This document shows, piece by piece, positions 37,878-50,989 of a stretch of DNA of 64,000 bases. The stretch is from contig OX597818.1 in NCBI GenBank assembly GCA_951406725.2, positions 5,766,001-5,830,000 of the forward strand, given 5' to 3'. This DNA comes from Octopus vulgaris (Eukaryota). Numbering within the stretch: position 1 is the stretch's first letter; every line of letters starts with the position of its first letter. The translations under genes and the position numbers were made by a program. Below the pieces are notes generated by a model. That model did not search any database. It was not told the origin of the DNA and saw only the letters and a program-made list of their open reading frames with translations.

Positions 37878-37996
37878 CAGTTCAAATACGCTTCAAATAT
37901 AGTCGAACCTTTAAGAAGGCCATCCACTATATTTTGCCATGGAGAAAATATCTGGTTGTAGAGAGTTTGTAGCGTTTGCCTTTCTGATTTCTGGTC
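37878..37996 (-). CDS. Candidate internal exon of an unidentified host transcript
   Basis: CCTTTTCAG|GAC acceptor and CTG|GTAAGA donor. The 119 nt are open in one frame: DQKSERQTLQTLYNQIFSPWQNIVDGLLKGSTIFEAYLN. No homolog recognised. Confidence 0.3.
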
Positions 37997-40329
37997 CTGA
38001 AAAGGTGATATCCACTCCGTCCTGCATGTGTAGCGAGACTAATTTTATAATTTCATGTTTAGACTTAAATGCTCGGAAATTAACTCCAGGCATAAATCTC
38101 AAATGATTGATCATGCGATCAGTCCTCTGGCGTTGAAATACTTTCTCGTGTCAAGCATTTGGATTAGTCTCGTTTTATGCGGGATACAAAGTTAGTACCC
38201 AATCGCGTTCCACAACAGACCACCAGACGCGTCAAATAAAAAATGTGGATTTGTGCCTCATTTTGTTAATGTGATGTTTTTCATTTTCCCCAGTGAGGCG
38301 AGAGAGATAGAGAGAGAGAGAAAGAGAGAGAAATAGAGAGAGACAGAGAGAGTTTGTTTGCAGGAAACCACGTCATTCTATTTTCGTTCCTGTTGAAGCA
38401 GGTGTTACCTAAGCAGGTGTTAACTAAGAAAAACCATATATGAATGATTTTCTGCAGTTCCTATTTCCTTTGATATGTATTTATCTGGTTCGCTGAATAA
38501 TTTCATTTAGCTGAGGAATAAAGTGTTAATGTTAATCGAAAGCTCGTTTTTGTTATTAATTTCTTCATTTTAATTGCAACACATGACAAGCAAGAATTTG
38601 TATCAAAAGTCCCAGAGACACAACCTTTCAGCTAAACATGAATCGACCAGTCTAGTTAGGGAGCGCTTCACAAAGATTCGGTATGTTTACACCAACCTAT
38701 CTGGAATGAGATATCTTCTCCATGACAAAATAGGCTGAATGGCTTTCTTACTGATTAGAATAACACTTAACGATGATTAAGTGTTATTCCACTGGGACAG
38801 AAGAAGAAATTGTTAAAAAAAAAAAAAAAAACTTGATCGGTGTTAGAGATATGGAAATGGAAGGCAGCTACAGGGCAAGGGATGAAGTCGGGTTATTTTC
38901 ATATAAGTTCAAATTTATCAGTTCTATATATTTTAAAGGGATATATGTAGACGGAAGCTATAAAAATAAATTTATATGACTGACGAAAAAACGTATTTCA
39001 CAGGAATAAGAAGAGGAATCAATAAGATTAGCGGAAACGTTCGTATACCCGAAGCGAGAAGCGATACCGTTGACCTCTCAACCAAATCTTGATATTAGAG
39101 CTGATCCTTTTGTAAGAGCTTCTGCACATTGAAGACTACTATCGCTTGTCTTGTGATTGATATGTAGATGAAGCTACATTCCCGATCACTAATTTCAGGC
39201 GCAAAATGTGTAGTGAAATTTGTCCAGGGAAAGCACCTGAAATTCCCTTCTTAGTTTTGCCTTAACATTGAAAAATAGTGTAGCGATCTAGTAAGCGCTC
39301 ATTCTGGCATTTCATCTACAATCACCATTATTTAAGGGAACAATAGTACTATAGACGTAAATAAAAGAAAGGAGGCCAAAATATTCTAAGAGTGTTGTGC
39401 AGAAGGTGTGATCTATCTGAGATAAGATACAGAGATTTCGTAAGCAAGTCCTACTGCCGATATACAGCATGCTGGACATTGGTTGCTTTATGATGTATCT
39501 TTAACAAGTGTGAGCCAAATTGAAGTAGTGCAAACTGGGAGAGCGCAAACTTGACAGAAGTTGGGATTTGGTAACTTTAACCGACTCGTGTGGATGAGGT
39601 TGTTTGGTTGCCGAAAACCCGAAAGAAGTAACGACCTCAAGAATCATCACTGACGATGTGAGCAAATGCTCACAAGAAATATATAAGACATATATAAACA
39701 CACACACTCACACACACATGCGCACACAGTCACACATATATACACACATATATATACACACACATACATACACATATACATTCATGCATGCATATATACA
39801 AACATATACATATACATACAAACCTACATACATATACATGCATGCAACATAAACGTTGTGCTATATCCTTCCACAGTGACTGTACAGCAAGAGGTGGGAA
39901 TAAAAGAGCCCGGTCCTAAAGATATCACTGAACGAAATGGACTACACCACATCCAAAACAACATGAAATGGCTCAGGAAAGATTGGAAAATTGGACTCTA
40001 TCAGCAAATGCAAAGGTTAACATTGAATTTATGAACCACCAATTACGACTGCATGACAGGCTTTCAAAAATGTATGTGAATTGCTGCTCTGAAACATTCA
40101 AACAAACTGGTCGTTCTCAAACATGATCTACAAGCAGTAAGTAAAAAACTTCATAACTGTAAACGTTACCTGAACGGAACACGATAAACCGAAAATTTAC
40201 CGGAAACGGTTTGTAACTGCATACATAAAAGTGATTCCACCATGGTAATAAATACTCCTCTACAGGAGCTTGTAGAGGCACTGTGGAGGGATTCTCGGAT
40301 ATAAGCAGTCGCAATGCAGCGTGGTTATA

Positions 40330-42430
40330 AGAACTACGAAGTGAGTATTGAATAATCTCTCTCCCAAAATATATAATATCACCAGTGAATCACTCCTGAC
40401 AATTATTATGAAACTGCCGAAGGGAAAAAATCACCTGGGAGATGCCTGATAGTAGGCTAATGGTACAAAAAGCTCACGTTTTACAGGTAATTTCTCACGA
40501 CTTTGTTTGCAAGCACAATAGAGATTTGGATAGACATATCAGGATGGTTGACGGTTGCATGGGCCACTCTTTTTCTCATGAACAAAGAGGCTTATATAGC
40601 CCATGCTACATGCCAATAGCATGCTTGAAAGTTATGTACAAACTGTACATAAGTTGGTTGAATAAGTTTCTTCAAACAAATGCTGTTATAATAGACGAAC
40701 AAGAATGGGGAAAGAAATGTGTCTGGGGCTATTTTGAACAGCTCATCCATAACAATACTGTCCTTAAGGAAGCCAAGCAACATCGCCGCAATTTCTTAAT
40801 ATGGCTCAACTCTGTCCCTCACTTATGATTTTTAGAATTACTACAAGGTGCCAGTGTATGAGCTGCTATATTGAATTCCACAACACGGTGCACAGATGTT
40901 GTGGTTCATATAGTTATCACTGACAACTTCAAAAGCAACACTTGCAGTCACAAACAAAATTAAGTTATCAGCAGACATATTGCATAGTGATAGTCTATCT
41001 GTAAAGCTGTTCGTAATGGCAGTGAACCCCTTGTTAGCTCTATTAACATCATATGAACATGATGGAATATTCAGAAAATTATAAAATTAATGTTACTCGT
41101 AATTTTTTGTTAATGACCTAAATATATATTCTGGTAAAACGAGCAAGCCCAAGAGACAATAGAAATTACTCAGAACTTGCCCAAACTCCATTCCTATGAC
41201 TCACAGGACATAAAAATGGAGTTTGGTCAAAAGAAATTCTCATACAAGATAGTCAAAGGAAGAAAGATTGCCGATCTAAAAGAGAACATGTGCCTCAATA
41301 TTTTGTTTATCGTCTGTTATTAAGAAAATTATAAGTATCTCGGAATCTATGAGCATGTTGTATAGGTTGGTGCAGTGATTGAAGCCAGCCCCGGAAAATA
41401 TCGAACTCAGAGCTGTCTGAGACCATATCTCACAATCTTTTTGCAGTGCAAGTGCTGGCACCAACATTTGGGATATTGGCCTGGACACATGACGAAATCT
41501 GCAACCTTGACATCAAAACTAGAAAGATGATGACCCATAGTGGCAAATTTACATGAACAACGAAACCGATAGGATTTACATGAGCGGCAGAGCTGGTGAC
41601 AGAGACATAGGGCCAGTCCAGACAGCCTTTGAACTTTATATTGGAGGAGGAGCAGATATCACACAAGCAAAACCCAATGCAAGTACACATATATCTTAAG
41701 CTTGTAGATAACAGCAGTATTGGCAGGAGGAGTAGCATGTCCTGGACACATGATAGATACATTACATTCCACCAGTGCTATCTAGGAACTGGAGATAGCT
41801 ACTGAATACTTGATAAATGAGAGATTGACAAATAAGCCACCAAACCTGAACGTTGCAGTAGAAAAATATCAGTTATGTCATACCATTGTGAAAGATATCA
41901 GCAGCTTACCAAAATGCCTAAGAGATACTACCTACTACTAAGGCATTAGTAGTAAAGGCAATTTACAATGTTCCCCGCAGCAATTAATGCCCTGACGTAT
42001 ACATCAATGGCAAGTCTCACCTAGAATGTTTGCACACTTTCAAACCGTAAGAATGATAGTGGAACACTTCAGTAAACGCAACAATTTTGTTGCAAACACA
42101 AGAGAACTGATATTGTTCCGTAGGATAGGAAACTAATGTCATGCACTGTCATAGAAGTCAGCTACTCAGCGGATATCAGTGTACCTTCAAAAGTACAGGG
42201 AAAAGAATAAATTTATGGTGAAAAACTGTGAAACTTACATCTCCTTATCTTGACAACAGATTTTCATGTATACCTATCATCAAAGCTGCATCAGACTATG
42301 TACCTATAGTTTTAAATAAATACCTAGATATATTAGGTTTTGCGAATAGCAAAAGTAAATGACGCACGTTCTTCAAATCCAATTTAGTATCGCCACATTG
42401 AAGATCTGTAAGGCATTCTAAAGTTTCTTT
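40330..42430 (+). mobile_element. Decayed R4/Dong-like non-LTR retrotransposon (RT plus restriction-like endonuclease)
   Basis: YMPIACLKVMYKL, EQEWGKKCVWGYFEQLIHNNTVLKEAKQHRRN..NSVPH, SDSLSVKLFVMAVNPL, VNDLNIY, YKYLG, and C-terminal RTDIV..IEVS (PD..D/E-type) remnants. Confidence 0.75.
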
Positions 42431-42621
42431 AACCGAGACTCTTTAGGTGACTAGATGCACACACAAGAATGTGTCCATCGATAGTTCAACAATCGCATCA
42501 ACACAACCATATATTTTCAGCACAATCAACTCAATAATTGTTGTTGCTTTCTTTGCAACAAGCTTGTGAACTCTCTTAAGAGGAATATAAACGCAGCGCA
42601 AAATGCACACACACACACACA

Positions 42622-42660
<39 letters not shown>

Positions 42661-42704
42661 ACACTCAAATACTATATACATACATGCATGCATACATACA
42701 TACA

Positions 42705-43620
42705 TAGAAGGTTCAGTATAAAAAATAATGTATTTCAGTCTTTAATTGATAGTTCACACAAATTACGTATAAAAAGTGTTTATTCATCAAATTGATACCA
42801 TCCTTGTTTAATGAGTGTTGCCAACGCTGTGTCAGAAACTCAATTCTACTATTTGCCTGGCTTTGAAATGATACACACCTTGCACTCATTTTAAATCGTA
42901 CCCGTGAAAGAAATGACCTATGACTCGGAAAATGTGGTTGCCAGATGGTGCAAAAGCCGTCTGGTCTGGAAACAGGGTGAACTTAGTCACACTGTCAATA
43001 TGTGCTGTGACATTGTCTTGTTGTAGGAGTGCACGTCTTTGATTGACCAGTGCAAGATAGTGGGCTTCTAAAGTATCATACACTTTCTAAAGTTGCTGAA
43101 TTTAAAGGTTAGCCGCCAGAGTATGACCATCTAGGAGAACACCCACTGATTTCTCTTATTAGGATTACGAAATTAAATCCATTTTTAATCCCTAGATACA
43201 ATTCAACTCCAAAATCTCGAATATTTCCCAGCAGGTGTCTGTAAATGTTTGTACGTCGATGAGCCTGCTACTCGAGCCGCTTGCGACGAGCTTCACGACA
43301 CTGTCTGTTCGCAAGGCTGAAATTATATTAGGTGTCAATTAATGGCACCTTGTAGCGGACCAATTTCGGCCGACAATGTGCGAGTGATCGTGCTTGGCTG
43401 TTGTTGAACTCATGTCAAGGAAGCCGCATCTTCCACGACAGAAGGTCAGTCCTATCGTGATTTGTCGTCGAGGCTGGTATGAGATTTGAAAAGTTTGAAC
43501 AATCTTTGAGCTACATGTTTGTTGACAGTCCCTGAGATATCTATCTCATTAATTACTTTTACATTTAGCCCCCTATTTCCACAGTGTCAAATTGCTATAA
43601 TTGCAACTTTTTCACCATAC
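42705..43620 (-). mobile_element. Decayed mariner transposon
   Basis: Minus strand VAQRLFKLFKSHTSLDDKSR (cf. QRWF..GD.SLED.PRSGRP), LLQQDNVTAH and FAPSGNHIFR (cf. LAPSDYHLFR). Confidence 0.75.
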
Positions 43621-43807
43621 ATTATCAATACTGTAAAATAAGGAATTAACAATTGATGTTTATAAGTTATATATATAAAAGTAAAGAATAATCAATTCAG
43701 CAACGATTGGATAAATTGTATCCAATTATTGATATAACGTGAATGTATAAGTTGTCAAACATATACGCACATGTATATGTGAGTGTATGTCAGCGTGCGT
43801 GTGTGTG

Positions 43808-44185
43808 TTACTTGTTTCACTACACTTGACTGCAGTCATGCAGGAGCACCGCCTTAAAGGGTTTTAATCAAAGAACCCGACCCCAGGCCTTATTCTTTGT
43901 AACTCTAGTACTTATTCTATCGGTCTCTTTTGCAGAAATGCCAAATATTACGGGGACATAAATACTCCAGCATTTGTTGTCAAGCAATAGTGGGTGACAA
44001 CTAAGACATACACGTACATATATATGTATAAACGACGGGCTTCTTTCAATTTCCCTCAACCAAATCCATTCACAATGCTTTGGTCGGCCCAAAGCTATAG
44101 AAGACACGTGGCCAAGGTGCCACGCAGTGGGATTGAACCCGGAATCATGTGACTGGGAAGCAAGCTTCTTACCATACAACCACAA
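43808..44185 (-). mobile_element. SINE family A, full length
   Basis: The reverse complement runs from the tRNA-like head (GTGGTTGTATGGTAAGAAGCTTGC..CCGGGTTCAATCCCACTGCGTGGCACCTTGG) to GAAACAAGTAA. Confidence 0.9.
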
Positions 44186-44201
44186 AATATATACATATAA
44201 A

Positions 44202-44233
<32 letters not shown>

Positions 44234-44460
44234 TGCGTGTATGTCTATATATAATTATATCAAGAGTGATAGGGCTAAAACGACCTGTCTCCAGCATGCT
44301 TTAATTGCTGATACCTTCAAAAAGCTACCAAAAGCTCCAGCTAAATATACACGTGACTGACTACTTGATAAAAATCACTAACGTGATTTATATATAAAAG
44401 TAAAGAATAATCAATTCGTGATTTTTATCCTCATATTCTTTCATGAATTAATAAATAAAC

Positions 44461-44550
<90 letters not shown>

Positions 44551-45529
44551 ATCTATCTTTCTCACATTATGCTTATTGCCTGCCTGTCTGTCTGTCTATC
44601 TATCTATATGTATATGTAGGTACGTATGTATTTATGTATATGTATATAATTAAGGCTGAAGCAAAACCGGAATACATTGTGATGTCTCTTATACTGGTGG
44701 GTAAGTAGTCAAATTGCGACTCTCACACGTTTTTTAATAACCATAAACATAAGCAAATATTAATGCATACTTCCGGTTTGCCACCGCTTGACTTAAGATT
44801 CAAGAACTCTGCCTTGTACCATCTTAACATATATTTCAAATATGGAACATCACTTAGCGTTGCTCAGCGGGGGAAAATAACAGCAACATATACATATTTT
44901 GACATGTAACAGTATGAGCATCGTCATTTCTAGTTTATTTGCATGCTAGTTTTGTTCACAAATGCGATGTTTTTCAATTTCTGTAAATGCAGTCCGCAAT
45001 GTCTAAGTGGATTATTTGTGTAAACACCCTTATCTATGAGAATATTATCTTTAGAGAATAATAGTTAAAAATAATATCTAATATAATAATATAATTTAAA
45101 ATGTAGTGTTTAACTTTTGTTTATATAATTTTCATTCATTTTCTTTTAAATAGGAATCACGTAAAACTACACACAACATAAATATATCTGAAATAATTCA
45201 ATTTAAAATTTGTTTTGGAAACATCGAATGACCTTTATATTGACTGCTCAAGGGTGACGTAATATATATAATTGCCAAATTTCTTTCATTATCGACACAT
45301 GCATGACATTGTGGGGCATTTTTATCAGTTTCATCATCAGTAATGCTCCGCATATGTTTGAACATATTCTGCGCTTTTAATATTTCATTATGCTTATTTT
45401 AGCCACAATAATATATTCCATTCCAATTCTTATATATATATAACCTCATACAGGATTCGAACAATTCGAACAAGGAGCATCTATTTTTTAAACAATTATC
45501 AGAAGTCCAATATAATATAATCATTTAAA

Positions 45530-45730
45530 GGCGGTGAACTGGCAGAACCGTTAGCACTCTGGACTCAATGCTTAACGGCATTTCGCCCGTTTTTACGTTG
45601 AGTTCAAATTTCCCTGAGGTCGACTGAACGTTTCATTATTTCGGAGTCGATGAAAGAAGTACCAATTAAGCACAGTTCGATGTAATTGACTAGCATCTTT
45701 ACCCAAAATTTCAAGCCTCGTGCCTCTATT
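45530..45730 (+). mobile_element. SINE family B
   Basis: GGCGGTGAACTGGCAGAACCGTTAGCAC..GAGTTCAAATT..GAGGTCGAC..TTTCGGAGTCGATGAAAGAAGTACCA. Confidence 0.8.
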
Positions 45731-46679
45731 CGAACTGATATAAAATCACCGATTTGATATTTAATCTTAGACTTTCTTCAGTGTATGTTTATATATATAA
45801 ATGCGGAGATAAATATACTTTCGCACAGAAAGGGTAATATAATTTATTTTCATACTCGTTATTTCCCTCATGTTTTATAAAATACCTACAATCTCATTTC
45901 AATAAAAGGTTGCGCTTTACTCACCACGATCATGTTATACCTTACACATTTAAATATAATTTACTACATCAAATTATTTTGTTTCCATGCTATATTGGAA
46001 TTTTAGAATATGTTCACGCATATTTAAGGTTTTATAGAACTCAAGTATAAATACCAAATATAGAATATTTGACTGCATATACAAATGAAATTACTAAGAA
46101 GCAGAGAATAGAATTACATATAAATTTGCGCAGGCTAAGGCATTGCTACCATAGTAGTTCTTATAAGATACCCATCCCTAGACTACATTACACGTAAACA
46201 AAAATACATTTGTGCATACACACATCTGCACACACGCACTCAGTCAGTATATTTATAGTGCATTGACGGAAATTATCATACAGTGATTTCTATGACTCAT
46301 GCTAGAGTCTGCGAAGGTCATTGATATTTTTTCTACCTCGGGATATCAGAGGACACTTCTTCTGCTAGATAATTAAGTGTTGGTGTGAAAACAAAATCAA
46401 TAAATCGTGTACAGAGAATATTTGCCAAACGCAAATGTGGCTGCTATGTATTTTATTTCACTCGTTCTATGCAGGATATATTATTCAATATAATGAATTC
46501 CATCCTACTACACTGGAATTGACAAACATAGAAGAAGATACACTGGCACAAAGAGAAATGAATGTACACATGTTCATGTAAGAATATGCACTACATATAC
46601 ATATAAACATACATATATGCATACATATATACCTATATACTTGTAGCTCTAGACACACACATACACACACACACACATA

Positions 46680-46740
<61 letters not shown>

Positions 46741-47012
46741 TATATGTGTGTGTATATGTATCTATATACATACATATATGTGTATGTGTGTGTATGTATG
46801 TATATGATGGAATCATCGGTAAAAGTCAATATAAGAGTTTTAGTAAAGAAGCCAAAATAATTCCTACCAACTAGAAATGATAAAAGAACAACATTCAACG
46901 AAAGCCAACCAGTTAAACTGGAAACACCTCAAAAATTTACAAAAACGCATGAGTAGTAATTTGATAAAAATGCAGAACGATTTATACATACATACATACA
47001 TACATACATACA

Positions 47013-47045
<33 letters not shown>

Positions 47046-47058
47046 TTATATATATATG

Positions 47059-47107
<49 letters not shown>

Positions 47108-47352
47108 AATTGGGCCTTTTCGTCTATGTAGACGGTCAATTTAGTTCACTTAATCGAACATATCAGGGACTCCCTTTCTTGCAGCTTCTTTCATGGCTGA
47201 TTCTTCCTATGATTGAAGCTTCTGCTACAGAACTTGCATACAAAGAGGGTGACGCGGCCCTCTGCTTGCCTGTTGTTTTCTTTCGCCGCTGATGCTTCTC
47301 AACTTGTTTGTTTCTGTAGCTGCTCTCTCGCGTTTCGTAAATATTCTCTGTA
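47108..47352 (-). mobile_element. 3' end of an RTE-like LINE
   Basis: Minus strand EKHQRRK.., then FVCKFCSRS / IGRISHERSC, the frameshifted C-x2-C...H-x3-C tail typical of RTE ORF ends. Short 3' UTR follows. Confidence 0.65.
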
Positions 47353-47356
47353 CACG

Positions 47357-47392
<36 letters not shown>

Positions 47393-47396
<4 letters not shown>

Positions 47397-47616
47397 CAAG
47401 CACATAAATGTGAAACAGGGTAGAAAAAGCTGTACTCAAATACCAGAGGTGGAGCAATATGCTATATTTAACTGCAGCAGAAATATAACAAAATCTGTTA
47501 CTCAGAGTTTCACGTTTGCGTTCGTCGGACAGTTGTGTTAACAAAATTTTCCGACGAACGGGAACGTGAAATTCTGAGTGACTACTTTTGTTACACTTCC
47601 GCTGCTTTTAAATAAA
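47393..47616. repeat. Fold-back PLE-terminus-like insertion; arms 47464-47529 and 47550-47614
   Basis: TATTTAACTGCAGCAGAAATATAACAAAATCTGTTACTCAGAGTTTCACGTTTGCGTTCGTCGGA versus TCCGACGAACGGGAACGTGAAATTCTGAGTGACTACTTTTGTTACACTTCCGCTGCTTTTAAATA. Confidence 0.8.
47495..47532 (-). ncRNA. Minimal type I hammerhead, CCGACGA core
   Basis: Minus strand: CUGU-CCGACGA-ACG(CAAA)CGU-GAAA-CUC(U)GAG-UA-ACAG. Confidence 0.75.
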
Positions 47617-47641
47617 GTGTGTGTGCATATATATATGTATG

Positions 47642-47690
<49 letters not shown>

Positions 47691-49945
47691 CTTAAGTATT
47701 TCATTTCATGTTTGTTATTCACAATATATCTACGTAGAAATTAATTTTATCTAATTTATGCAGATGTATCTTCATTTTGTATGCGTATTATTTATAACAT
47801 AGCTAAGTATGAACGTACTTTAGTTAAGCTGAAATATATTTGCGACCTGCTTTAACTTCTAAAAGCAAATACATTACAGTTAATTTCTCTCTAATGGTAA
47901 AATGTCAAAACATAATTCGCCTGTGCTTTACGCTATCGGATTTCAAGACGACCGTTTCTGGTACTTTATCCTTATTGAATGGTATTTTCTTAGGAAACAT
48001 AACCCTTGGCAGATTCCAAGCCGTAGCTTTAGCTAAAAAGACTGACAACATCGGTGACTGATTTTTGCTATTCAAACGCATGATCTTTAGTTTGAGCTGC
48101 AGCTTTGAATCTGAACAGGGTTATATCTCTTCGATATTTCAAATTGATGAAAACTAAAGATCCAGAAACGGCCGTCTGGTAATCTGATTGAGGGAAGAAC
48201 TGGTAAGTATTATGCTTTTACCACTTATACTATAAGAGGATTTCTTTTTCTCCCTAGTAACTATAGTGAAGTCAAAATATGTAACATATTTTAACTAATC
48301 ACTGCTTGGCGCTGATGCAATTATACAGTTATATATAACTTACTTTACTCTTGTTGGTGAATGTATATATGGTGTATATTTAGGTGTGCGAGTATTTTAC
48401 AGAGATGATTACAAATGGTACATATATTTATATTATTTTGAGCAGTCCGGAGACAACTATGCCAGTTAAGCCAGCCATTTGATGGCTGCAAAATCACAAT
48501 TAGAGCAATTATAATTTTCAAAATAATAAACATGTTAGTGATTTAGTTTCTATTTTCACGTAACATGATATGATGAAAAACAACAGTTCCTTCGACTGCT
48601 GGCAACATCATCCCAGTTAAGTATGTTCATACTTATGTGATTCGGGTTTCCATTCATTTGTCTTTGCTATCATAGTATTGGCCTACCAACTTTCCGCTAA
48701 GTATTTTCAAGTTTCTCTAAAAAAAGACTTCAAAATCCTATCATCGCTCGTCCGTGATGCAAGGCCATACCACCTCAACTGAATTTTGATCTGAAAAGCT
48801 TCAAAATTAGAGATATTACACACTGACAGAATAATACTGTGCTACTCTTTGTCTTCTCATTTCAAATTATGTATTCGTTTCAGTCACCTCATGGAAAAGC
48901 TATTCAATTGAATGATGTTTCCAGTAATACATTAAAAATGTTTTATAAATGTCAACGTCTTTTTTTTTTTGAGTATATCAAATCCTCTCATAGAGATTGA
49001 CAAAGTTGTATTAGTTTTTGCACAACGTGCTTTAGTAATCTCTTTAACAACATGAATCTTTTGTAACTGTGGAGGAAAAATGAGGGAAAGTGTGGGGATT
49101 TTAAGAGCTTTATTGGCAACATACGCTGTAAAGCATAACCACTGGATTATTGCCAGGATGCCACTGAAATACAAGCTCTGCCTTATTTTATACATGTGTT
49201 CAAACTAAAAGATACTGCTGCTGTAAATTTATTGACGATCCTGAAGAGAGGGTGCAAACGGCGCGTTGTTATCTACGAAGAGCAAGTCAATTATAGTTTG
49301 GAAGAAACTATCACATTTAACGCCGTAGGTTATGTCATATTCATGACTTTGAAATAATGACATATCTCATTACAAATTGTTAGAAAATTTAAGAACATGG
49401 TATTAAGGACAAAAATGAAATAAATATGTAAATTCTTTGAAAATTTTCTCTTATACTTACTTTATTTTCATAACAAATTTCTAATCTTGCTTCGAAATAT
49501 GACAAAAAGGGTTGCACCGTTAGCAGGAACCTACCCAAAAATGTTTTCCCTAAATTTATCATAAGCTGTTCCCAAATTTATTTTCTGCATTAGCTGCATT
49601 TAAACAGGAGATAATGCAATTATCCAAGGAAAAAAAAAATTCTCTTCAGGTGTACGGCGAGGTATTTAGTGATCCATTTAATGCGAAAACTTTGTGTTTT
49701 TAAGATAGGATTTCGGATTTATGGTTAAGAATTAAGATTAATATATAGCGATTAGGATTATATTTAAGCGAAGAGAAAAAAAGTATTTGAAAAAGTTTCA
49801 TTTTGAATTTTATCTTAACTACAGTCTTAAACTCCAATGCAAGGATGGAATTAAGGAAATGTAAATAAACTAGAAATTTAAGACTCATCATTTACATCTC
49901 TCTCTCTCTCTCTCTCTCTGTATATATATATATATATATACATAC

Positions 49946-49996
<51 letters not shown>

Positions 49997-50548
49997 AAAA
50001 AAAGAAATTTTGTCATATCTACCTGTCTCAAAGAAAGATATGACAGTAACCTTCGTCCCATCATGGGACTGCTAAAATTATGTTGGCGAAATGTCATTAT
50101 GTCATTACAATATATATATATATACAAGTACACATTTCACTAAATTTTGTACAACTTTTTCAACACTCTCCCCCACTCTCTCTCTCTCTCTCTCTCTCAC
50201 ATTTCTTTGCCTTTCTTACTCACTTTGCACTTCACTATGTTCTTGTCTCTCTCTTTTTTCTCGCCACTCCATTATTCTGTCTATCTACTCCTACACACAC
50301 ACACACACACTCTCTCTCTCCTCACCCCCTTCTTAATTCCTTTGTTCCTCTTTTTCTCTCTCTTCTCTTCTCACGTGACAGTTGGCCGACTGCTAACCCT
50401 TTTTGCGCTTGACCACGGTCACTGCCACACCGATACCCTTCCCTCTGCCGTAAGGCTTCATTTCCACACCCGCCAACTGAACTCAATTCGTCCCCAGTCG
50501 AAAGACGCCTGTTGTTATGTCCTATTATTATTATTATTATTATTATTA

Positions 50549-50580
<32 letters not shown>

Positions 50581-50929
50581 GTTGTTGTTGTTGTTGTTGT
50601 TTTGTTTTTTATTGTAATTTTGTATTTATATTCGTGTAACATCATCTGTTTTTCCGTCCTTGTTTCTTATACATTCGATGCTTTTTTTCCAAGGAATCTA
50701 ATGCTCTTAGTTTGGTTTTTCCTTGGGGCTGGCCAGATTGGATCAATCTTAAGATTAATCAGCCGAAATTGTGAGGATAATCCGGTTCTTGACTGAAGAC
50801 AAAAGGCTTCGAATGACCCGTCTTCGTTTTTTTTTTGTATCGTCTATCTGAATGTCTTGTCCCTTTTTGTATCACCTAGTTGTCTGGTTGTTTTGCGTTC
50901 TTGTCACATTTTGTATTTTATTTTTTCTT

Positions 50930-50960
<31 letters not shown>

Positions 50961-50989
50961 ATACACATATACACTTATATATAATACAA

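Noticed and set aside
48050-48210. Plus-strand exon ending at CTG|GTAAGT
   Set aside because: It is a lone donor-like motif with no convincing acceptor or open frame.
50690-50830. Possible hammerhead in the repeat ending at (TA)n near 50930
   Set aside because: CTGAAGA and GAAA-like words are present but could not be arranged with consistent stems.
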